Assembly (NCBI RefSeq): GCF_000284115.1
Contig: NC_017080.1
Location: forward strand, 2,160,001 to 2,192,000
Length of the DNA stretch: 32,000 bases
Source: Phycisphaera mikurensis NBRC 102666
Lineage (GTDB): Bacteria > Planctomycetota > Phycisphaerae > Phycisphaerales > Phycisphaeraceae
Direction of reading: 5' to 3'
Of this stretch, positions 9,076-17,876 are shown piece after piece. Every line of letters starts with the position of its first letter. Positions within the stretch are counted from its first letter, which is position 1. The position numbers were made by a program, and so were the translations under genes. The notes under the pieces were generated by a model, which worked only from the letters and a program-made list of their open reading frames with translations, had not been told where the DNA came from and searched no databases.

Positions 9076-9870
9076 ATGAAGCCCATCTCCCACGACCCCG
9101 ACCGCGGCTTCGACGGCCGCTGGCTGGTCGCCGCCACGCTCTCGCTGTTCGTGATCGTGCCGCTGTTCGTGTGGACCTTGTTCGCGCTGGTCCGCCCCGG
9201 CGGCGTCGCGCCCACGCCCGAGCCGCTCGTGTACGCCGCGCGGGAGACGTGGCCCGCCTTCGCGGTCACCCCCGAGAGCCTGGAGCGCGAGATGATGTCG
9301 CGGGCCCGCACGAACGAGCGTTACGTCGATCTGCCCTTCGATCCGAGCGTGGAGCAGGAGCGGGCGATCGCCGAAGCGGTGGCGATGGCGGAGCGGCCCG
9401 ACTTCCTGGCGGCGGAAGGGCTCGAGCCGCGGCTCGCAGCCCTCGCCCGCGACGCCGGCTTCTACGCCGATGCCCTGCTCGCCCTGCGGGCCCAGCACCG
9501 CGGGGATGCCGCGGAGGCCGAGGCCGCCTGGGCTCGCGCCTTCCTTGCGGCTCCCGCCGCCGCCCACCAGCGCGTGCTCCGCGGCGACGGCTCCCGCGCC
9601 GCGGGGGCCGAGGTCGGCACCGTCGGCTTCACCTTCGACCGCATCACCGATGAAGACACCATCGACCCGAGCCTGCGCCTCGTGTTCCCCGGCGTCGCCG
9701 CCGACGCCAACGGCCTCTGGGTGCTGCCGATCTTCAAGTCGATCTTCCGCGTCACCGACCCCCCGGCCGCCGCTCCGGGCCGCGGCGGTCCGGACACCTA
9801 CGGCCCCGACGCCACCTTGACCTTCCCCGGCCGCGTCGGCGACCTCGGGGACCTCGTCCTGCTACGCTGA
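9076..9870 (+). CDS. Hypothetical membrane-anchored protein (single N-terminal TM)
   Basis: 264-aa ORF, N-terminal LVAATLSLFVIVPLFVWTLFALV TM; no family recognised. Confidence 0.7.
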   Translation: MKPISHDPDRGFDGRWLVAATLSLFVIVPLFVWTLFALVRPGGVAPTPEPLVYAARETWPAFAVTPESLEREMMSRARTNERYVDLPFDPSVEQERAIAEAVAMAERPDFLAAEGLEPRLAALARDAGFYADALLALRAQHRGDAAEAEAAWARAFLAAPAAAHQRVLRGDGSRAAGAEVGTVGFTFDRITDEDTIDPSLRLVFPGVAADANGLWVLPIFKSIFRVTDPPAAAPGRGGPDTYGPDATLTFPGRVGDLGDLVLLR

Positions 9871-9877
9871 CGCTCCC

Positions 9878-9960
9878 GGCCGTGTGCCCGAGTGGACCAA
9901 GGGGGCGCATTGCAAATGCGCTTGCGTCAGCAATCGTGGGTTCGAATCCCACCGCGGCCT
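9878..9960 (+). tRNA. tRNA with anticodon GCA (Cys), class II architecture with long variable arm
   Basis: Acceptor GGCCGTG/CGCGGCC (one G-U); TG; D-stem CCC/GGG with loop GAGTGGACCAA; anticodon stem GCGCA/TGCGC, loop TTGCAAA (anticodon 9912-9914 = GCA); variable arm TTGC-GTCA-GCAA + TC; T-arm GTGGG-TTCGAAT-CCCAC; discriminator T73; no encoded CCA. Confidence 0.9.
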
Positions 9961-10149
9961 TTCATGCGACGCTCGAGCGTTCCGTCACGCTTGCCGTCAC
10001 GCTGAAGCTCGGTCGCGCCTCGCAGCGGGTGCCGCGCCGGGTGCAGCCCGGAGCGGATCCCGCGAGCGTGCCCCGGCCCCGCGCCGCCCGGGCTTCACCG
10101 CCCACGCGGCGTCTGCCGAGCCCGCCGCCGCGAGGCGACGCTCTGGTCG

Positions 10150-10788
10150 TCAAGTCCCGAAGATGCGGTCTCCCGCGTCGCCGAGGCCGGGCACGATGTA
10201 CCCGCGCCCGTCGAGCCGCTCGTCGAGCGCCGCCAGCACGAGCGGGACCTCGGGGTGCGCCTCGGTCAGCCGCTTCACACCCTCGGGCGCCGCGATGACG
10301 CCGAGGAAGGTGACGTCGCGGCACCCCCGGCCCGCCAGCAGCTCCACCGCCGCAACGGCTGATCCGCCGGTCGCCAGCATCGGGTCGCACAGCAGCACCG
10401 GGCCGTCGGCGACGTCCGGCGGGAGCTTGTCGTAGTACGTGCGCGGCTCGAGCGTCGCCTCGTCGCGTGCCATGCCCAGGTGGCCCATCCGCGCCCCCGG
10501 GATCAGCGACAGCACGCCCGGCGTCAGACCCGCCCCGGCGCGGAGGATGCAGACCACCGTCGGCGAGGCGGCGAGGCGCGTGCCGGTCGCCCCGGCGACC
10601 GGCGTCCGCACCGCCTTCTCCCGCACCCGGACCTCCCGCAACGCTTCGTAGGCCAGCAGCCGCCCGAGCTGCTCCACCACCTCGCGGAACCGCTCCACCG
10701 GCGTCCGCTCGTCGCGGAGCTCCGTCACCAGCACCCCGACGAGCGGGTGATCGAGCACGGTCACGCGGGCGGGTTCGGGATCTGGCAT
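10150..10788 (-). CDS. upp: Uracil phosphoribosyltransferase
   Basis: CILRAGAGLTPGVLSLIP, RTYYDKLP, LLCDPMLATGGSAVAAVELL, GLGDAGDRIFGT. Preferred start MPDPEPA (10788); the longer ORF begins at 10812. Confidence 0.94.
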   Translation of the reverse strand: MPDPEPARVTVLDHPLVGVLVTELRDERTPVERFREVVEQLGRLLAYEALREVRVREKAVRTPVAGATGTRLAASPTVVCILRAGAGLTPGVLSLIPGARMGHLGMARDEATLEPRTYYDKLPPDVADGPVLLCDPMLATGGSAVAAVELLAGRGCRDVTFLGVIAAPEGVKRLTEAHPEVPLVLAALDERLDGRGYIVPGLGDAGDRIFGT

Positions 10789-10981
10789 CAGCGGCTCCGT
10801 CGGCGATCGCACGGCCGGAGGCTACCGACGCCGCGGTCTCCGGGGGCGCCGCGGACGGTGCGGCGTGCGCAGCGGAAAGGTCCGCGGTCCGCGGCGGCGG
10901 CCCGGTGCGCTCGACGCCGGGCTTGCCGGATGCCCGCCCGGCGGCGGAGCCGCCGCCCGCACGGGGCGAACCGTCGGCGCC

Positions 10982-11224
10982 TCAGAGCGTCGCGGAGGTG
11001 AAGGGCAGCAGCGACATGTGCCGCGCCCGCTTGATCGCCTGCGCCAGCAGCCGCTGCTCGCGGGCGGTGAGACCGGTCTTGCGGCGGCCCTGGATCTTGC
11101 CGTTGGGCGTCAGGTACCGGCGGAGCTCCTCGGTGTTCTTGTAGTCGCAGAACAGCGTGCCGTTGGAGGAGCGGAAGACGACCTGGGAGGGCGGGTTGGT
11201 GGTGTAGGCGGCGAAAGCGGACAT
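10982..11224 (-). CDS. rpsR: 30S ribosomal protein S18 (bS18)
   Basis: [75 protein letters not shown]; 80 aa, clear bS18. Confidence 0.92.
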   Translation of the reverse strand: MSAFAAYTTNPPSQVVFRSSNGTLFCDYKNTEELRRYLTPNGKIQGRRKTGLTAREQRLLAQAIKRARHMSLLPFTSATL

Positions 11225-11253
11225 CAGCGGGTTTCCGTCGGGGGTTGATGTAG

Positions 11254-11274
11254 CCCCGGGCACGGTGCCCGGGG
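11254..11274. promoter_or_regulatory. GC-rich hairpin between trpS and rpsR
   Basis: CCCCGGGCA-CGG-TGCCCGGGG perfect 9-bp stem with 3-nt loop, 30 nt upstream of the rpsR start on the minus strand; no U tract evident. Terminator, leader or processing site. Confidence 0.5.
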
Positions 11275-11418
11275 CGACGGGGGCGGGAGGATAACGCCCC
11301 GCCGCGGGAGGCGTCGACGGCCGGAAGCCACCACCCCGACGGCGGCGGCGCACCGATCGAGCCCGGATCCGGATCGGTCCGGAGACGTCTGCAAGCTCCA
11401 AGCCTTCTCGGGCGCGGC

Positions 11419-12447
11419 CTAGCGGAGGCCGCACGCCCGGCGGGCGTCGTCCATCACGCCGGCGAGGACCGCGTTCGCGGCGGCGGCTCCCTCGCGGAGC
11501 ACGCCGTCGACGAGCGCGTCGTCCCGGAGGATCTCCGCCCGCCGGGCCCGGGCGGGGCCGAAGTGGTCCATGACCAGTTCGAAGAGAGCCTGCTTCGCCT
11601 CGCCGTAGCCCATGCCCGCCTCTCCGCTCGCCCGGTACCGGTCCGCGAGGGCGAGCGTCCGCAGGTCGTCGGCCCCGGCGATCTGCGAGAAGATCCGGAA
11701 CACGGCCGAAGCCTCGGGGTCCTTCGCGACCGCGGGGTCCGCGGAGTCGGTTTTGATCTTCATGATCCGCTTCCGCAGCGGCTTCTCGTCCATGAAGGGG
11801 TCGATGGTGTTGCCGTAGCTCTTGCTCATCTTCTCCCCGTCGACGCCCGGCAGCGTCCCGCCGTCGGCGCGGACCAGCAGCTCGGGCACCTTGAAGACAT
11901 CGCCGTAGGTCCGGTTGAACCGCCCCGCCAGGTCGCGGGCGTACTCGACGTTCTGCGTCTGGTCCGCGCCCACCGGCACGGCGTCGGGCCGAACGCCGAG
12001 GATGTCGGCGGCCTGGAGCACCGGGTACGTGAACAAGCCCAGCGAAGGCTTCGCCCCGCGGTCGACCTTCTCCTTGTAGGCGACCGCCCGGTCCATCGCC
12101 GCCTTTGGGCACACGCACGCGAGCAGCCAGGCCAGCTCGGTGACCGCCGGCACGTCCTGCTGCAGGTAGAGGTTGATCTTCGCCGGGTCGAGCCCGAACG
12201 CGAGGTAGTCGATCACGACCCGCCGGCAGTTGGCCCGCAGCACCGCCGGATCGGCGACGCTGGTGAGGGCGTGGTAGCTCGCGACGAAGACGAACAGCTT
12301 CCGCTCGCCCGCGGCCGCGGCCTCCTGGAGCCCGAGCAGCGGCTGGATCGCCCCGCAGTAGTTGCCCAGGTGCAGCTGCCCGCTGGGCTGGAGCCCGGTG
12401 AGGATGCGCCTCCGCCCGGGCGTTACGCTCGCGGCGTCCTTACTCAA
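11419..12447 (-). CDS. trpS: Tryptophanyl-tRNA synthetase
   Basis: [51 protein letters not shown]. The only plausible start is TTG at 12447 ([19 protein letters not shown]), overlapping the upstream stop. Confidence 0.93.
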   Translation of the reverse strand: MSKDAASVTPGRRRILTGLQPSGQLHLGNYCGAIQPLLGLQEAAAAGERKLFVFVASYHALTSVADPAVLRANCRRVVIDYLAFGLDPAKINLYLQQDVPAVTELAWLLACVCPKAAMDRAVAYKEKVDRGAKPSLGLFTYPVLQAADILGVRPDAVPVGADQTQNVEYARDLAGRFNRTYGDVFKVPELLVRADGGTLPGVDGEKMSKSYGNTIDPFMDEKPLRKRIMKIKTDSADPAVAKDPEASAVFRIFSQIAGADDLRTLALADRYRASGEAGMGYGEAKQALFELVMDHFGPARARRAEILRDDALVDGVLREGAAAANAVLAGVMDDARRACGLR

Positions 12448-14300
12448 CGGCGGCCGTCTTCCGCTCGCTCCCCGAGGAGCGCCTCGGCCGACACCGAGCC
12501 GCCGGCCGCGGGCTCGCGGAACGCGATCCCGTTGCGGTCGAGCAGCGTGCCGGTGCTGCGGTACAGCTCGCTGATCGCGACCATGTACTGCGAACGCGAC
12601 TGCGCCTCCTGCGTCTCGGCGGTCGCCAGCCGCTCCTGCGCCCGCAGCTTCTGATCGACGAAGACGGGCGTCAGCGCGTTGCCCGCGTCCTCCTGGGCCC
12701 GGATCGCGCGCAGGTTGTTCGCGGCGGCGCGGCGGGCGGCCCGCGAGGCGCCGATCCGCTGGTACTCGCTCGCGACCGCACGCAGCGCCGTCTTCACCTC
12801 CAGCACCGCGTCCTGCGCCAGGCGGCGGTAGTCCAGCGTGCTCTGCTGCCGCTCCAGCTGCCGCTGCGAGACCAGCCCCTCCGCCAGGCGGTTGCCCAGG
12901 GGGTAGGAGAAGTCGAGGCTCACCAGGTAGTCCACGAAGTCGCCCTCCGACAGGTCGTCGTAGGCGTCCTGGCCGTCCTCGACGCCCACGCCGCCGAGGC
13001 CGACCTGGGCGGAGAGGTCCAGCTGCGGGAGCAGCTGGTTGTCCGCGACGGTGAGGCGGACGCCCGCGTCCGCGATCGACAGAAGCGCCACCTGCAGCTC
13101 GGGCCGGTGCCGCAGCGAGGTGGTCACCGCGTCGAGCAGGCTGAACGCGATCGGTGCGTCGACCGGCCGGTCGAGCGGCACGATCAGCGTCTCGTCGCCC
13201 AGGCCCAGCTCGGGCGCATTGATCAGGCGCTTGAGCCGGTCGCTGGCGTTCCGCCAAGCCTCCCGCGCGTTGATGACGTCGAGGCGGCGCAGCTCGACGA
13301 AGCTGTTCGCCTCGGTCACGTCCACCGGGCTCGCGTCGAACTCCTGCCGCAGCTTCAGGCGGTCGCGTTCGGTGATCGTCCGCTCCAGCAGCTTCGCCTG
13401 GATCAGCAGACGCTGGCGGCTGAAGAGCAGCTCCCAGTAGGCGGTCTCCACCTCGTCCACGAGGTCGATGAGGGTGCCGCGGAGCCGCTCGGTCGCGGCC
13501 CGCTCGGCGTTGCGGGCCAGCACGATCTCGCTGGTGGCCACCTCGCGGCCGAAGTTCCGCAGCAGCGGCTGCTGCAGCGTCACCAGCAGGTCGGCGTCGT
13601 AGAAGGGAGAGACGCCCTGCAGCGACGGGTCGTCGTCGATGCGGGCCAGGCGCGACTCCAGGCCGAGCGTGCCGTTGGTCGCGGCCAGCCGCTTGCGGAG
13701 CCCCGCCCCCAGCAGCAGCGTCTCGCTGCGCCGGTCGCCGGAGAGGCCGGGCACGATGTCGCTGGTCACCGGCCCCGGCGTGTCGAGCTTGGTGAAGTCG
13801 ACGTCGGCGAAGATCTCGGCATCGAAAGCGGCCTCGGCCTGCTGCAGCTGCGCCGCCGTGATCGACGGGCTCAACCGGGCCGCCGCGAGATCGAGGTTCC
13901 GCTCGACCGCCAACGCGATCGCCCGCTCCAGCGGCAGCTGCACCACCGGCTCGTCGATCCGGCCCAGCAGGTCGATGCCGGCGGACACGCGGGCGTCCGC
14001 GTCGTTCTCGTAAGCGGCGAGGCCGGACATGCGGTCGAGCTCGGCGGTCCGCTCGGCGTCGAGCTCGGCCTCGACGCTGCTGGGCTCCCGCGTCACGCGG
14101 ACGATGCCGCCGCTGGCGACCTCGCCGAGCAGCTGGCGGTGCGAGAGCAGCAGCGACTCCCGCAGCGCGTCCTCCTCCTCGCGCTCCATCGGGGAGGAGC
14201 AGCCCCACAGCGCCGCGGAGGCCAGCGCCGCGGCGGCGAGCGCGGCGTTCGAGCAGCGTCGGTCGCCCGCGGGGCGGCCTGTCGTGGAGGATCTGAGCAT
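12444..14300 (-). CDS. TolC-family outer membrane efflux/channel protein
   Basis: ALERNLDLAAARLSPSITAAQLQQAEAAFDAEIFA, coiled-coil repeats, QRLLIQAKLLERTITERDRLKLRQEFDASPVDVTEANS, LAEGLVSQRQLERQQSTLDYRRLAQDAVLEVKTALR; lipoprotein-like N-terminus ALAAAALASAALWGCSS. Confidence 0.87.
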   Translation of the reverse strand: MLRSSTTGRPAGDRRCSNAALAAAALASAALWGCSSPMEREEEDALRESLLLSHRQLLGEVASGGIVRVTREPSSVEAELDAERTAELDRMSGLAAYENDADARVSAGIDLLGRIDEPVVQLPLERAIALAVERNLDLAAARLSPSITAAQLQQAEAAFDAEIFADVDFTKLDTPGPVTSDIVPGLSGDRRSETLLLGAGLRKRLAATNGTLGLESRLARIDDDPSLQGVSPFYDADLLVTLQQPLLRNFGREVATSEIVLARNAERAATERLRGTLIDLVDEVETAYWELLFSRQRLLIQAKLLERTITERDRLKLRQEFDASPVDVTEANSFVELRRLDVINAREAWRNASDRLKRLINAPELGLGDETLIVPLDRPVDAPIAFSLLDAVTTSLRHRPELQVALLSIADAGVRLTVADNQLLPQLDLSAQVGLGGVGVEDGQDAYDDLSEGDFVDYLVSLDFSYPLGNRLAEGLVSQRQLERQQSTLDYRRLAQDAVLEVKTALRAVASEYQRIGASRAARRAAANNLRAIRAQEDAGNALTPVFVDQKLRAQERLATAETQEAQSRSQYMVAISELYRSTGTLLDRNGIAFREPAAGGSVSAEALLGERAEDGRR

Positions 14301-14404
14301 CGGTTGGGACGATCCCCCGGCCCGGCCCGCGTGTCAAACCCGGGGGAACGGCACGCCGCTTCTATAGTCGCCGCCCGCGAGAATCAGACGAAGGAAAGCC
14401 GAAC

Positions 14405-15850
<1,446 letters not shown>

Positions 15851-15955
15851 GCGGACGTCGCGGCCGCGCGTGGCGTACCGCCCCCCGCCGCCGCGCCCGA
15901 GCGGCGGGTCGTCGGGAACGGTGGACCGCACGCATCCCGGTGCGATCCCGGGCGC

Positions 15956-16011
15956 CCGATGCCCGAGTGCCACGCCGCTCGTGGGCTGGGGTGTCCGCGG
16001 GACACGCGGCC
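15956..16011 (-). repeat. Second copy of the 56-bp REP-like sequence found at 838-893, opposite orientation
   Basis: Reverse complement of 15956-16011 matches 838-893 at 50 of 56 positions, no gaps (hand alignment); both contain GTGTCC-NNN-GGACAC, GAGCGGCGTGGCAC or AAGCGGCGTGGCAC, and GGGCATCGG. Confidence 0.8.
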
Positions 16012-16072
16012 AATTTCTGCCTCTGCGGAGACCGGTCCGGTCATCGGGCGGGCAAGGCCCGGCGTCCGCGCT

Positions 16073-16600
16073 TCAGAGACCCCGCGGGTCCGCGCCGATC
16101 AGCTTCCGCGTCATCGCCCGCTCGATCTCCCGCTGGCCCTCCCGCTCCTTGAGGTCGTGCCGCTTGTCGTGGGTCTTCTTGCCGACGCCCACCCCGATCT
16201 CCACCTTAATGCGGCCCTCCTTGAAGTACAGCGCCGTCGGGACCAGCGTGACACCGCGGCCGTCGGTCTCCTGCTGCAGCTTGAGGATCTCCCGCCGGTG
16301 GGCGAGCAGCTGCCGCGGCCGCTTGGGGTCGTGGTTGAAGGGCCCGGCGTGCGGGTACGGGGCGATGTCGATGCCGTGCAGCACGAAGCTGCGGCCGGTC
16401 GGATCGATGGTCGCGTAGCCGCCGGCGAGCTGCACGTGCCCGTGCCGGATCGACTTCACCTCCGAGCCCATCAGCTGGATGCCGCACTCGAGGCGGTCCG
16501 CGATCGCGTAGTCGTGCCGCGTGCGGCGGTTCTCGACGCGCGGCTCGAAGTTGTGCCGCGCGAGACGGGCTTTCGCTTTGGCGGCTTTGCTCTTGGCCAT
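16073..16600 (-). CDS. smpB: SsrA-binding protein SmpB
   Basis: ARHNFEPRVENRRTRHDYAIADRLECGIQLMGSEVKSIRHGHVQLAGGYA...RPRQLLAHRREILKL; ends DKRHDLKEREGQREIERAM. Confidence 0.94.
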   Translation of the reverse strand: MAKSKAAKAKARLARHNFEPRVENRRTRHDYAIADRLECGIQLMGSEVKSIRHGHVQLAGGYATIDPTGRSFVLHGIDIAPYPHAGPFNHDPKRPRQLLAHRREILKLQQETDGRGVTLVPTALYFKEGRIKVEIGVGVGKKTHDKRHDLKEREGQREIERAMTRKLIGADPRGL

Positions 16601-16749
16601 GGAAGGGCTCCGGCCTCGACGGGGCGGGCCGGGAGACTAGGTCGCGCCGGAGAGCGTCCGGGCGGCGCCCGCCGCCAGCGGCGGGATCCGCGGACCGTCG
16701 CGGTTTTGGCGCTGGAACGGCCGCGGTCCGCGGGTCCCCGCCGCCCGCC

Positions 16750-17187
16750 TCAGCGGCGCGAGGTGCCGCCGTAGGCACGCTCGTAGGCCTCGATGCCGCC
16801 GGCCATGCTCCAGGCGTCGTAACCCCGGTCGCGGAGGAACTGCGCCGCCCGGAGGCTGCGCTGCCCGAGGCGGCAGTGGACGATGATCCTGCGGTCCTTG
16901 TGGGGCGCGAGCTCCTCGACGCGCTCCTGGAGTTCCTGCAGCCGGATGACGGTGGCGTCGTCGTGGATCCGGGAGCCGGCGACCTCGTCGGGGTTGCGGA
17001 CGTCCAGCAGCAGCGGCTTGTGGGCCTCGTCGGGCACGTCGCCGCCACGCTCGCCGCCCATGACGCCGGCGAGGCCGGCGGGGGTGACCTCCCACTGGTC
17101 GTTGAGCGGGTAGCCCTCGGGCAGGCCGCGCATGTCCTCCGCGGTGCGGCCGGCCATCACGTCGTCTTCGGGGGTGGTCTCGCTCAA
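16750..17187 (-). CDS. Rhodanese-like sulfurtransferase domain protein
   Basis: LLLDVRNPDEVAGSRI and active-site loop IIVHCRLGQRSLRAAQFLRDRGY. TTG start at 17187 (SETTPEDDVMAG) overlaps the upstream stop; ATG 17157 is an alternative. Confidence 0.87.
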   Translation of the reverse strand: MSETTPEDDVMAGRTAEDMRGLPEGYPLNDQWEVTPAGLAGVMGGERGGDVPDEAHKPLLLDVRNPDEVAGSRIHDDATVIRLQELQERVEELAPHKDRRIIVHCRLGQRSLRAAQFLRDRGYDAWSMAGGIEAYERAYGGTSRR

Positions 17188-17654
17188 GCGGCACCGCCTC
17201 TCGCGGGGGCGTCGGCCCCGGAGGAGGCGGCACCTTCCTCGGGCGCCGCCTGCGCCTCGGGAACCGTTGCACCCGCGGGCACGGGAGCCTCGAAAGAAGG
17301 CGCGGGGTTGGAGCGGTCGCCGATGGCCTCGTCGGCCCGGCCCGGGTGCACCTTCCGGTCGGGCGAGCCGACGGCGGGTTCGGCGTGGGCCCCCAGCTCT
17401 TCGCCCGTCTTCGCGTGCTCCAGGTGCGAGTAGCGGTCGAGGTTGACGGTGACGATCTCGCCGTCGTCCTTCTCGAGCACGAGCCGGTCCAGCCACAGCT
17501 TGTCGTCCTTGCCGTGGGCGTACCACGAGCCGGTCTTCCGCTGCTCGAAGGCGAGCACCCGGCCGGTGACCTCGGTCGTCCAGCGACGCTTCTGCACCTG
17601 CTGCGTGACGGTCACGCGCGTGCCGACAGCGAGGCGATTGGGGGAAGGATTCAT
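17184..17654 (-). CDS. Hypothetical protein
   Basis: 156-aa ORF, well-formed N-terminal half (TRVTVTQQVQKRRWTTEVTGRVLAFEQRKTGSWYAHGKDDKLWLDRLVLEKDDGEIVTVNLDRYSHLE), low-complexity tail; stop overlaps the next start. Confidence 0.7.
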   Translation of the reverse strand: MNPSPNRLAVGTRVTVTQQVQKRRWTTEVTGRVLAFEQRKTGSWYAHGKDDKLWLDRLVLEKDDGEIVTVNLDRYSHLEHAKTGEELGAHAEPAVGSPDRKVHPGRADEAIGDRSNPAPSFEAPVPAGATVPEAQAAPEEGAASSGADAPARGGAA

Positions 17655-17834
17655 GGCGCGGAGCCTAAGCCGGGGCGGGGGACAGGGAGCGACGCGGCGG
17701 GACGTGACTGCGCGGAGGGGCTGCGTGGTCCGCGATGGGCGCGGGGCGCGGGTTGAGCCGGCTCCGGGTGAGAGACGAAGTCAGCAGAGAGCAGGGAAGT
17801 GGAGAGCGCCGAGCGGAGCGACGGCGCGTCCTGT

Positions 17835-17876
17835 CCGTCTTCGTCTCTTCGTCTCTTTGCCTCTCCGTCTCTCTCA
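17835..17876 (-). repeat. 8-bp-periodic pyrimidine tract (unit CTTCGTCT) at the 3' end of miaB; purine-rich on the coding strand
   Basis: Direct reading: cttcgtct cttcgtct ctttgcct ctccgtct ctct. Confidence 0.7.

Noticed and set aside
14363-14368. TATAGT as a -10 box for leuC
   Set aside because: Position is plausible but no matching -35 hexamer; too weak to list as a feature.
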